NCBI RefSeq assembly: GCF_006345805.1
Contig: NC_043013.1
Span: forward strand, 46,066,001 to 46,130,000
Length of the DNA stretch: 64,000 nucleotides
Origin: Octopus sinensis
Taxonomy: Eukaryota
Direction: 5' to 3'
The notes under the pieces were generated by a model. That model saw only the letters and a list, made by a program, of their open reading frames with translations, was not told the origin of the DNA and did no database searches. The number at the start of each line of letters is the position of its first letter. Position 1 is the stretch's first letter. This document shows positions 51,582 to 64,000 of the stretch, in pieces. The position numbers were made by a program, and so were the translations under genes.

Positions 51582-52518
51582 AGAAACGTGTTTTATGTAC
51601 TACGATTTTAAATGTGATAGAGCATTAGAATTGAATCAAACATGGTCTTTCGTTCATTTATGCTACACAATTGTTATGATATTGTCAGAAAAAAAACTTC
51701 CTTCACTGTCCAATGAAACCAGTAATAATGTCCTTTGTTCTTTCATCCTCACGAGAGAGAGAGGCACAGTTTTAGTGGTGTATAAATGGATTACTAAATT
51801 TATTGTTAATGATTCAACATTTAGCACGAATTTACGTTAAGCAACGCCATACATGCAAAATATAAAATAAATCTATATGCAAACACAATGTCGTAAGTGC
51901 AATATGTTGTTCAAATCTGTGTTGAATATTCTGCTAAATGTCAAGCAGCACAAAGATGTGTTCAAAATAAAAGAAAATGAGATATATTTGTGTAAGGTAA
52001 GAATAAAAATACATTTAACGGTTTACTTAATTGATTTTTGCCGGTGCTAACCACTGTTCGCTGCCTCGAATTTCGGTGATTATCTTTGATTATGTTCAGT
52101 ATAATATCATTGATGCTATATTTGGTACAAATATACACGGAACATACTTTTATTTTATCACTAGTACCATTAAGAATAGACATTGTCTACAGTTATAAGA
52201 AGGAATATATGAAATAATAAGTAACAATGGTGGCACTAATGTTACGATAGGAAATTCTGAGGAAATATTTTCATGAAGGAATAAATTCGAGGGAGAGTAT
52301 ACCAATGGAGAATATGTTGGAAGAAGACAGGAGTTCCGTCGTAAGATATTCCTTGAAACGAAAGTCTGAATGTAACTTTTGATGCTGTGTTTAAAGTGAG
52401 GAATAAAACATAGATCAAAGTAGAGAAGAGAAGAGTCTGAAGTATTGCGAAGACTACAATATCTGAGGATCAGAGTTCCTTAGAATATTAATGGAAGACA
52501 GTGAATATGTGTTGACAA

Positions 52519-52751
52519 AAGGCGGCGAGTTGGCAGAAACGTTAGCAGGCCGGGCGAAATGCTGAGCGGTATTTCGTCTGCCGTTACGTTCTGAGTTCAA
52601 ATTCCGCCGAGGTCGACTTTGCCTTTCATCCTTTCGGGGTCTATTAAATAAGTACCAGTTACGCACTGGGGTCGATGTAATCGACTTAATCTGTTTGTCT
52701 GTCCTTGTTTGTCCCTTCTCTGTTTAGCCCCTTGTGGGTAGTAAAGAAATA
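52519..52751 (+). mobile_element. SINE family A monomer
   Basis: Complete head-to-GTAAAGAAATA unit. Confidence 0.9.
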
Positions 52752-53793
52752 AAATGATCCAAGGAATGGCCAAAGAAGATTTTACACAGAACTGAGAATT
52801 AATCGATCTCATGGAACAACCTATGTCCATGGAATAACCTAGAAATCTGTCTTTCTTCAGAATGGCTTTAGCTTTTTAGTTAGAATATTCACACCACCGA
52901 ATATTGTTTCTTTGGATACAGTTGTAGCGTATTTCTACCCATAAATTCAACATTCTCTAAGTCTCTAATTATTTTTGAAGATCCAACCTGTCTTGAAGTT
53001 TTCGGTAAACCACCTTTGATAACGCAGTTATGCTGAATCACTAAGAGATAGGAATGTAACCAACCATAGGATGTTTTGGATCTGTAATATTGAAATGATA
53101 CATCTAGAAAATATTAGCAGGGGGTTGCTTAAATCATTATGGGGATTTATTGTCTGCTTAAAGGCTAGTGAGACTTCGTAATAGCATGGTTCACTTGTAT
53201 ACTGCTACGGAGTGTAACTGATTATGTCCTCTTTTTCCAATATTATGTGAGGTCTAATTGAAGTGAACCTGTACCAGCTGAGAACTGGAGCAGGGTCACA
53301 GACTTAACCGACCCCTTACTCTACTGCGTTCGCTTCAGAGGAGTTTATTAATATCAATTATAGAGATACCCAACTAATGCAAGATTTCCACTTCTTCGGG
53401 AATGTATGTTTATGCGTTGCTTTCAATTATTATCGCCTGGAGCATTCACATTCCTGGATAAAAATATGAGATTTTTATCGATATATTTCCATGGTAACGC
53501 AACTTTTCTTAATTAATACAAGGGGATATAATGTTGTGTTCAACTGAGTGAGTGCATTCGAGAAAAAAGGGCGAGATAAAAACCATAAAAACCAGACACG
53601 CACGCGTGCGTTTGTGTGAGTGTGTATGTGTGAGAGAGTGTGTGAATGTGTGTGAGTGTGTGAGTGTGTGAATGTGTGTGTGTGTGTTATGCTTGATTAT
53701 ATACATACATACATACATACAAACATACATACATGCATATATATATATATATACATATATATATACATATATATACATATATATATATACATA

Positions 53794-53909
<116 letters not shown>

Positions 53910-53910
53910 C

Positions 53911-53967
<57 letters not shown>

Positions 53968-54418
53968 TGTAGGTGTGCACAGCAATATAACCTCATGATA
54001 TATATTCTCCTCTGAACATTAATAAATAAACTTGCGTTACCTGAAGCTAAATATATATGTATATATTTACATCAGAATTCTTCACTCTTGTTAAAACAGG
54101 GACAATTCCAATAACTCAGTCAAAATTATATTTCCATTATCCACCAATGAATATTGTTGTCCTTCGGCCTAAACTAGGAAGTTTATATTTTATATGTTAC
54201 ATCATTTACGCCTTTTCAAAGAGAGTTATCCTGATGAATGCCTCAAACTAACTTCAACTGGGATTGAAACACTGACACAGTGTCATCTTGCAGGAACTGC
54301 GATGAATTTTGACATTGTTTTAATGCAGTCTAACGACTTTCCAATTGTTTTATTAATTTCTGGGGCGAGTCCTAACCATAGTGAATAAAATTCTTTACTC
54401 CCACTCATTTAGAAATAA

Positions 54419-54729
54419 CGATAAACGTCGCCCTTTTCAAGCCTAGCCAGGCTCATGGGCCCGGTTTCCCGGTTTCTGTGGCGTATGTGTTCCCCCCAGC
54501 TGGACGGGACGCCAATCCATCGCAGCGTTACCTCAAGAAACAGGAAGAAAGTGTGAGAGAAAGTTGTGGCGAAAGAGTACAACAGGGGTCGCCACCACCC
54601 CCTGCCGGAGCCTCGTGGAGCTTTTAGGTGTTTTCGTTCAATAAACACACACAACGCCCGGTCTGTGAATCGAAACCGCGATCCCCCGACCGCGAGTCCG
54701 CTGCCCTAACCACTGGGCCATTGCGCCTC
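54419..54729 (-). mobile_element. tRNA-derived SINE, head C + tail V
   Basis: Head as at 32208. Tail ACGCTGCGATGGATTGGCGTCCCGTCCAG...CATGAGCCTGGCTAGGC. TSD CATTTAGAAATAA (54406-54418 / 54730-54742). Confidence 0.9.
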
Positions 54730-55074
54730 CCATTTAGAAATAAATGTTCCTTAATCCAGTCCAGTTTTATTCACATATCTAAGAATAACACACCCAATGA
54801 CGTTCGGAGTTCAAAGCGATCGAAATGTAGCGTAGATGTAAATGCTAAATTTTTAGATTGACCTCAGATCTGGAGTGGAGGTATAGACACTAATATCTAC
54901 TCCAGTACTTAACTAGTACTTTCTTTTATCGATTCTAGAAGGAACTGATTGAAGAAACTTGATATTACCTCCCATCCTAAAAGACTGCATCTAAATACCA
55001 GCTTTGTATTTTAGCAGATATTCTCACAATTTTGCCAATTTATCGCCCTCATAGATGCAAATATTAGTTTCGAA

Positions 55075-55515
55075 TTTTAGCACAAGGCCAGTACTTTCGG
55101 GGGAGGAGGGCTAGACGATTACATTGACCTCAGTACGCAACTGGTACTTATTTTATCGACCCCGAGAGGATGTAAGGCAAAGTCGACCTCGGTGGAATTT
55201 GAACTCAGAACGTAAAGACGGACGAAATGCTGTTAAGCATTTTGCTCGGCGTGCTAACGGTTCTTGACGTGCTAATGGTTCTTATTTCTTTACTGCCCAC
55301 AAGGGGCTAAACACAGAGAAGACAAACAAGGACAGACAAACGGATTAAGTTGATTATCGACCCCAGTGCGTAACTGGTACTTAATTTATCGACCCCGAAA
55401 GGATGAAAAGCTAGGTCGACCTCGGCGGAATTTGAACTCAGAACGTAACGGCAGACGAAATACGGCTACGCATTTCGCCCGGCGTGCTAACGTCTCTGCC
55501 AGCTCGCCGCCTTCA
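55075..55515 (-). mobile_element. Chain of two SINE A units with different tail types
   Basis: Homology to the A consensus; short duplicated AGAACC(A/G)TTAGCACG at the junction. Confidence 0.75.
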
Positions 55516-56074
55516 ACGTGCTAATGATTCTGTCAGCTTGCCGCCTTCACGGATGCAGATATTAATATTTTATTTCTTAAGATGAATTTAATCCTCCAAA
55601 ATAATCTGATTGTTGAAGACAGATTTTCATTTAATTTCCGAAAGGTTCATCTTGCTGATGCCTCATTTAAAGGGAATAGACAATTATCCCCACTTCCCAG
55701 AAGACCTTCTTGAAGGTAGGGGTAAATAATGACCATTGCATAGTACAACTGGGTTTTCGTAAACCATACACGCAAATTGGGTTCGAATGCTAATTCAAGC
55801 TATTTAATTTGATCAATTCTGCTATTGTCTTTCAAAAATACAGAAATATCACAGCATTTTGAACTCCCTATAAACAAATTCGATTCTTGTGTCTACTTAG
55901 AAAATGGGTTTCACTATAAATGATATTGCGTATCAAATGAAACTTTGCAAATAGTAGAAATAGCAAAAATACTAATCCCTTAATTAAAAAAATGGTTACT
56001 TATGCAACAATATAAGTATAGCATGGAGATATTAAATTCAGCTCAACGAATGAGCCAGACATATTTGAAAATAT

Positions 56075-56509
56075 GGATCTTTTCGGTTTGAACGGCAGTT
56101 TTTTCTAGCGGTGTTATATGAAATTGTCACCCATAATTATGACCCTAGTATCGATCTATTGCATTTCAATCTGTTTTAGGGTTAGGGTTAGTTAGGGTTG
56201 GTTGGGGTTAGGGTTAGGGGTGGGGGGAAGGGTATCTTTTTTTTCTTCACAAATGTAAATAAACCCAATCTGTTTCTTAAACGAGGGACATATTCATACG
56301 GCACAGTATGCATTTTAACTCAATAGACGTCACTGATTGGTTGAAATTGCAGAAATTGAAGAAAAAAAATACAACAAATATCTTACAAACTCCAGAATTT
56401 TCTCAAAAAAGCCAAGAGAAAAAGATGTTTTCTACCAGTATACGAAGTTTAAAATTTTTTAGTTACCTAGAAATTATGTTAAAAACTGCCGTTCAAACCG
56501 AAAAGATCC
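56075..56509. mobile_element. Second copy of the 8-bp-TSD MITE
   Basis: Same TIRs; GAAAATAT at 56067-56074 and 56510-56517; internal TTAGGG-like tract. Confidence 0.88.
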
Positions 56510-56736
56510 GAAAATATTTGTTCTGAACTCCACCTAATATATTGACAAACGTCTCAATATTCTCTGAATGATAATTCACTACAGAAATATATCCAGTATA
56601 CTGAAACCAGAAATTCAGAAATGTTGATGGAAAGCACAAAATTTGAAAGAATAGGATTTTCAAAATAAAATATAGTAATTCCTCAATAAATGGTCTATGA
56701 TTTTATTTACAGCAAAGAAATCAGAGTTTAAATAAA

Positions 56737-57101
56737 ACTAGCAGTATGACCCGGCGTTGCCGGGTCATAGTGCTAGTGCATGCATATACAGCTGCGTGCG
56801 TGCGTGCGCACATACACGCGAGTATTGTCAAAATCTCCGACCAATCATATACAGCTAGCTGGCATTCAATTGGCGTATCAAGTTTCGGGCATTTTTGGAT
56901 AGAAAATTCACCAAAAATCACTTCTATTGATTTTTTTAATGGCTTTGCGCGGTGACTGGAGAAATGTAAAGATGTGCACGATCATCCTTGGACAGTTTTA
57001 AATAACCATAGAAAGTGCGAGCCCTCTAACTGAAAAATTGTGTATTTGTATAAAGGACACACACACACACAGATATTTTGAGGTTTATATATATAGAGAG
57101 A
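56737..57101 (+). mobile_element. Non-autonomous Helitron/Helentron-like element
   Basis: Starts ACTAGC with the hairpin TATGACCCGGC-GTT-GCCGGGTCATA. Ends (CA)n-GATATTTTGAGGTTTATATATATAGAGAGAT. This architecture is typical of such elements. Confidence 0.55.
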
Positions 57102-57743
57102 TAAATGAATGAACAATATATATTCGACGCTCGAACAACCGCATTCACAAAATATTCCTTATTACCATTTTAACTTTGATTAGTTTCTGGGAAAAATATT
57201 TTAAATCACTTAAGTTACACTATCATTCATTTTGATGGCTTTTTCTTGCACAACTCAGGGCGAAAATAGATTAGAAACTCACAGATACATTAAGAATTGG
57301 CAGCAATTTATCTCGTCAGTTGTTAAAGGAACATTTATTGTGTGTCTACATCAATTTCTTTCCTTTTCTTCTCGTCTCCTTTAACAATAATTCATTACTG
57401 TCTTTAATATTTAAACTTGAATTAGCATAGCCTCTGGACTGCAACAATATGGCCAACACTATGAATCAAATATCAGACGACACTGAGTTTATACGATTCA
57501 TTGCAAAAGTTCATGAAAAAGAATCTTTCTCGTGTAGACACGAAAAGCTACTAACACACCTCGGCCTTTTGAATTTTCAATCTGCAATTTCCTAATGTTC
57601 CTAACACCAGCTTTAAACCTAATCCAGATCAGGTCATTTCACCGCATAAACTACAGATACTGCGGTAGAGCACACGCTAGAGTAGCATCGAAATATCCTA
57701 TGGCTGTTGCAATTCCGAGCGAATTATCTGAATTTGTGAACAT

Positions 57744-57912
57744 TAGGCGCAGGAGTGGCTGTGTGGTAAGTAGCTTGCTAACCAACCAGATGGTTCTGGG
57801 TTCAATCTTACTGCGTGGCATCTTGGGCAAGTGTCTTCTGCTATAGCCCCGGGCCAACCAATGCCTTGTGAGTGGATTTGGTAGACGTAAACTGAAAGAA
57901 GCCTGTCGTATA

Positions 57913-57959
<47 letters not shown>

Positions 57960-58236
57960 ATGTGTGTGTGTGTGTATGTGTGTGTGTTTGTGTATCTGTG
58001 TTTGTGTATCTGTGTTTGTCCCCCTAGCATTGCTTGACAACCGATGCTGGTGTGTTTATATTCCCGTTACTTAGCGGTTCGGCAAAAGGGACTGATAGAA
58101 TAAGTACTGGCCTTACAAAAGAATAAGTCCCGGGGTCGATTTGCTCGATTAAAGGCGGTGCTCAGCATGGCCGCAGTCAAATGACTGAAACAAGTAAAAA
58201 TAAAAAATAAAAATAAAAAATTTAAAAAATAATTAA
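57744..58236 (+). mobile_element. SINE family B
   Basis: Homology to 4048-4479; possible AACATTA TSD. Confidence 0.85.
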
Positions 58237-58608
58237 AACATTATGGGACAATGAACTTCTGAATACAAAAAAATAAAAACAGCACAACTCCAGCAAGTAA
58301 GTGAAGACCTTGTTTGATAATTTAGAGGGAAAGATTTTTGTTAGTCTTAGCGGAAAAAAAATCAAATCAAGCTCGTCACTGTACTATAATATGAATGTTG
58401 CTATGCGCGGCAAATCGTCAAAGTTTATGAAAATATTAAAGTATTAGTTAAATATTAAAAAAAAAAATAGGTAAGCATTAAAAAAGCAGAATGAACTTTC
58501 TAATATAAAAGACAAACGTACACGCTTGCTTACATAAAATGGGAGCACACACATATTTACAAAAAAAATAACCATACACACTTATACATACACAAATAAG
58601 CATTTATT

Positions 58609-58656
<48 letters not shown>

Positions 58657-59074
58657 TGAGAGAGAGTCAGAGAGAGTGAGAGAGAGAGTGTCTGTCTGTG
58701 TGTTTGATAGTCTGTCTGTCTGTATGTTATTATTCAGTTTTATTTCAAGATTTCTTGCCAATAAAGAAAGAGCCGGTTTCTAGCTTTGATCCCAAACTCC
58801 TTCATTGGAATTTCAACGTGAACAGGGTTGTTTTTGTATGCATGTACTAGCTTAAAAGCCACCTAATAGGGCGGCTTTTAAGCTAGCTCCGGCGGAGGGC
58901 TCTTCATCGGGCCTTGGGTCCAACAAATTTTATTAAACTTGAACAATAATTTTCAAGCAATGAATTTTCATCAAAACGGTGATATGTCGACTTGAAACTT
59001 ATTGCAAAGCTGTATGATAAACAATATTTGTTGTCTTCCCATTCGGGGGTCAGTACACATTTTTTCAGTCTAAC

Positions 59075-59161
<87 letters not shown>

Positions 59162-60067
59162 CTATCTCTATCTATCTATCTATCTCTATCTCTCTTTCTG
59201 TTGATAGTTTTCAACCATCACCAGTACCACCACCATCGCCACCACAACTGCCATACACACACCATTGAAACTTCTGACGCCACCACCATCAATACCTTTC
59301 ACTTCAACCGCCTTCTCTTCCACCACCATCACCACTGTCTTTCACATCGCTTACTGTCATCGTCATCTGTGACCGCCTCGGCTACCACCACCATCACCAT
59401 CACCTCCGCCTCTATCACAACTACAGCTCATACTATTACTATCACCTCATTACCATCACAACCATCAATCTACTACCACCCTCTCCGTCTCTATGCCTAC
59501 TATTACTCTCATCCAGCAAGAGTAATAGTAGAAGTATCATTAAATAGTGAGAGAGGGGGGGGGGGCAAAGTGTGACACACTGACACACAGAAATTCGTTT
59601 TGGCCTTTATTATGTATATATGTATATATGTATGTACGTATGTAAGTATGTATATATTATGTATGTATGTATGTATGTATGTATGTATGTATGTATGTAT
59701 GTATGTATGTATAGGCAAATATAATCTTGCACAAACATATTTACCAATCCCTGGAACTGTGTCTGCACCAAGAAATTTTTAAAATGTCACGGGAAATACC
59801 ACACACACACTCACACACACGTACACACGCACGCACGCACACACACATACACATACACACACACATATACATATATATATATATATATGTATGTATGTGT
59901 GTGTGGTGTGTATATATATGTACTCACACACGCACACACACGCACACACACACACACACACACACACCACTCATATATATACTTGTATATACATATTGTG
60001 TGTGTTTCTAACATGTATTTGAATTATTCTTTCAATAGAATATTTTATATGTGTATGTTGTGCATAT

Positions 60068-60303
60068 ACCTATTTCTTTACTACCCACAAGGGGCTAAAC
60101 ACAGAGAGGACAAACAAGGACAGACAAACGGATTAAGTCGATTACATCGACCCCAGTGCGTAACTGGTACTTTATTTATCGACCTCGAAAGGATGAAAGG
60201 CAAAGTCGACCTTGGTGGAATTTGAACTCAGAACGCAACGGCAGGCCAAATACGGCTACGAATTTCGCCCGGCGTGCTAACGTTTCTGCCAGCTCGCCGC
60301 CTT
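60068..60303 (-). mobile_element. SINE family A monomer
   Basis: Complete unit. Confidence 0.88.
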
Positions 60304-60349
60304 TTTGCGTTTATATATTAACTGCTAAGATTTTAACGCAGTCGATTTG

Positions 60350-60787
60350 ATATAAGTATATATTTGAGCATATCTTCAATGCTTGCATCTATGGTATATG
60401 CATCTATGTATATGCACATAAGGCGGCGAGCTGGCAGAATCGTTAGCACGCCGGGCGAAATGCGTAGCCGTATTTCGCCTGCCGTTACGTTCTGAGTTCA
60501 AATTCCACCGAGGTTGACTTTGCCTTTCATCCTTTCGGGATCGATAAATTAAGTACCAGTTACGTACTGGTACGTAACTGGTACTTAATTTATCGATCCC
60601 CAAAGGATGAAAGGCAAAGTCAACCTCGGTGGAATTTGAACTCAGAACGTAACGGCAGGCGAAATACGGCTACGCATTTCGCCCGGCGTGCTAACGATTC
60701 TGCCAGCTCGCCGCCTTATGTGCATATACATAGATGCATATACCATAGATGCAAGCATTGAAGATATGCTCAAATATATACTTATAT
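60350..60787. repeat. Near-perfect 438-bp palindrome including unique flank and a SINE A 5' half
   Basis: 218-bp arms, 2-nt centre (60568-60569); I found one mismatch. Confidence 0.92.
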
Positions 60788-61968
60788 ATCTATATTTATT
60801 AATGTTTATAATTTATTACACACACGCACACACACGTCGCGTGCGCGTAAAAGTTTATATATTTATCAAAATATAGTGTCCTGCTTGTAATATTTCTTAA
60901 AACCAACCTTCATGTTATGTAATCATGAACAGAAGAGAAGTCTAAACATACGGAGAGAAATATCCCACAAGGCAGTTTATGAAAATGTCTTCGAATAGTA
61001 AAAGTTATTTCTGGTTACGTATGTCCCAAATCAGTTCACAAGAGGATGTACTCATTGTTGGTTATTTGTCAAAGTTTGAATGTAAGTTATTTCCCTTGAA
61101 CTGGACTACGTTATGAAATGTAAATAAGTATTTCAAACTATCAGTACCTATGCGTAATTTTAAAAGGTAGCTATTGAGAAAAGAGTGTTAATTTGAGCGA
61201 ATAAAGCAAGTTGAATTTTAAAGATAATAAATATTTTGACTCGATAACAGAGGAGAAAATTGAAATTAAGTGTAAAGTATTAATCTGGTAATAAAAGCTG
61301 AACTTAGATGTCACAGATTTTATTGGAGTGAAGAACATGCGGCATCCCTGATAAAGAAGGGCGTAGAATCTAAGACTGATGTATTTGGTGAAAATGGTAA
61401 AAAGAAAGATTTGTGTTTTCATAGTTCTCAATGGATTTCATGATGTGCTAATATGCGCCTTAATCGATTTCGTGAAGTGCTATATATTTATACAGTTTCC
61501 CCCACATACTTCGCGGTGTGATGGCATTTTTTGAAGATCTCCGATCTAACATTTCAGGAATCAGCAGATATTTTGAGGCTCATGAGTATGAAGTCTTTCA
61601 CTTCTATATATGATCCATACATTTTTGTAGCATTAGTGTATGTCTTACACCTTTCGAAGGTCTCCCGTTCTCCATCGATTTTGACACGTAATTTGATAAC
61701 TGGTTGTTTTATATAAAAACTTTGTGATCACTCGCGTTTCCTGCCTTTTATCTGTGTGTGTGGGTGCGCGCGCGCACGTACACACACACTCTGTGGCTTC
61801 GGAGTATTTTGACTTTTATCATTAGCAAAGCTGGTGCATATTTAGTACCCTATTATTATATAAATATATTTTTATATTTTATATATATTCATTAATTTTG
61901 CCTATACGGCTTTTATGCCTGTGGCGACCAACGTTAATATTTTAAAGAATAATGCTCTTTTATATATA

Positions 61969-62065
<97 letters not shown>

Positions 62066-62270
62066 GTATGCATGTATGTATGTATGCATGCATGTATGTA
62101 TGTATATATGTATCTATCTATCTATCTATATATATATATATATATTATATATATATATATATAGATATAGATAGATATAGATATAGATATAGATATAGAT
62201 ATAGATATATAGATAGATACATACTACATAGATGCCTACATATATACATATATATGTGTGTGTGTGTGTG

Positions 62271-62318
<48 letters not shown>

Positions 62319-62326
62319 ACACACAC

Positions 62327-62357
<31 letters not shown>

Positions 62358-63161
62358 TGTATGTATTTATGCATGTATGAATTAATGTATAGTCATATCT
62401 CTTGCACATCAGTATTTTAAGATTTTCTTTTACTTTTCTTTACGCTCGTTAAATATTTTCCCCTCTTCTTTTGCACTCGCTTTGACTTCTGTAAACTCTC
62501 TTATACATATCCTTCAGCATTACGATTTTTATTATCATCTAAACATATTTATATCACCGCTTTGTTTTCTTCTTTCTCGCCTTCTTTTCTTCTAGTTTTT
62601 TTTTTTCCTTTCTCTAACCGAAAAATCCTCCTCCTTTCATCGCTTTTGTTATTTTCTATACAACAGTTACACTGTCAACCAATAAGATCCTTTTATTTCA
62701 ATATTGTCCCATCAAAAACTAGACTCGATATTCAAACATCTTCATTCTAACTCCTTTATGTTCTAACTCCATTCTAACTCCTTTATGTTCCATTTTCCAT
62801 AATCGTTTGCATATCGAGAACATGAAACTCGGAGCAACGATTTCTATAAGTTTTAGCGTTCTGAAGTCTCCACGTGTTTCCAAGTAATTACGTAAGTACA
62901 TACATACATACACACACATATAGACTTACAAACATACATACATATATACACACATGCAGGCATTCAAACATATATACATACTCACACACGCGCATACTAC
63001 ATACATACATACATACCTACATATATGCATGCATGAAATCATACATACACACACATACATACATATACACAAATACATAGATATATATATATATATACAT
63101 ACGCACGAATGTCCATATACGTACACACACCCACACACACACATATATATATATATATAAA

Positions 63162-63421
63162 ATAATAAATAAATGCACCCTTTTAAAGCCTAGCCAGGCT
63201 CATGGGTCCAGTTTCCCGGTTTCAATGGCGTATGTGTTCCCCAGCTGGTCGGGACGCCAGTCCATCGCAGCGTTACTCATTTTTGCCAGCTGAGTGGACT
63301 GGAGCAACGTGAAATGAAGTGTTTTACTCAAGAACACAACGCGTCACCCGGTCCAGGAATCGAAACCACAATCTTACGATCATGATGCTGACACCCTAAC
63401 CACTAAGCCACGCGCCTCCAC
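63162..63421 (-). mobile_element. tRNA-derived SINE, head D + tail V
   Basis: GTGGAGGCGCGTGGCTTAGTGGTTAGG head, ...GGCAAAAATGAGTA, then the same tail as 54419. Confidence 0.85.
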
Positions 63422-64000
63422 GCACATATATACTCACATATAAATCTACGTATGTACATATACATGCACTCACATACATACACACAAAGCAAAATACAGG
63501 TTATCATGTTTGAATGAATGCGAAGAAGAGTTTGTTTAGAGAAAGTTGTACTGGATTACTACTTCATAAACCATGGCAAAAAAAGAAGATGTAGTTATAG
63601 AACCATCAGGAAATATTCCAGTAGACTTTTGAAATGAATCAAGATTTGTTCCAAGTCTAGAAACAGGCTGGAGTAGATTCATCGATCGGTTACACAAAGA
63701 GGATGAGGAACTCCTCGAATGTAAAGAAAGCATCGCAATTATTATTATTATTATTATTATTATTTTTTTTTTTTTGAAGCGAAACTCCTTTGCTACCAAG
63801 TTACGTTAGTGGAAACGAAATATGTTGCTCTAAACCACGCGAAAATAGAAAAATCAACAGTTAAATCTAAAGTTAAAATGTTTATACCGCACATACACAC
63901 ATGCACGTATACATATGTGCATGTATACATATGTGCAAAATGATATACAGTCATGCGTACATACATACATACATACATACAGTGAGCGAAATAGTAAGAT

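Noticed and set aside
54218-54388. Open frame SYPDECLKLTSTGIETLTQCHLAGTAMNFDIVLMQSNDFPIVLLISGASPNHSE
   Set aside because: No convincing donor site and no recognised motif. It could be a terminal exon, but this is unsupported.
55645-55715. Possible 71-nt + strand exon (FILLMPHLKGIDNYPHFPEDLLE)
   Set aside because: The AAG acceptor and GTAGGG donor are mediocre, and a short open frame is expected by chance.
56176-56230. Interstitial telomere
   Set aside because: Only a few imperfect TTAGGG units, and they are an internal part of a MITE present twice.

Overview
A eukaryotic, AT-rich window that is very dense in microsatellites and retroposons. The SINE families look like those of coleoid cephalopods, probably Octopus; this is recognition from memory, not a database result. 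No intact multi-exon gene, rRNA, bona fide tRNA or CRISPR array is visible, and nearly all ORFs in the supplied track are microsatellite or transposon artefacts. One 120-nt in-frame candidate exon lies at 38249-38368 (+), so part of the window may be intronic. Contents: (i) several tRNA-derived SINE types, labelled here A, B, heads C/D and tails X/Y/V; (ii) decayed LINEs of the R4/Dong, Tx1/L1, RTE and CR1/Jockey-like groups; (iii) Tc1/mariner remnants, two copies of a MITE with 8-bp TSDs and a Helitron-like element; (iv) many fold-back insertions and palindromes. Most striking: small Penelope-like fold-back insertions carry minimal, dimer-type hammerhead ribozyme motifs whose core 3-8 pair covaries. 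It is C-G at 24615, G-C at 31516 and U-A at 17433. Also notable: a complete 2-head x 3-tail SINE matrix, and SINE-A concatemers with an invariant junction that are flanked by a single TSD.
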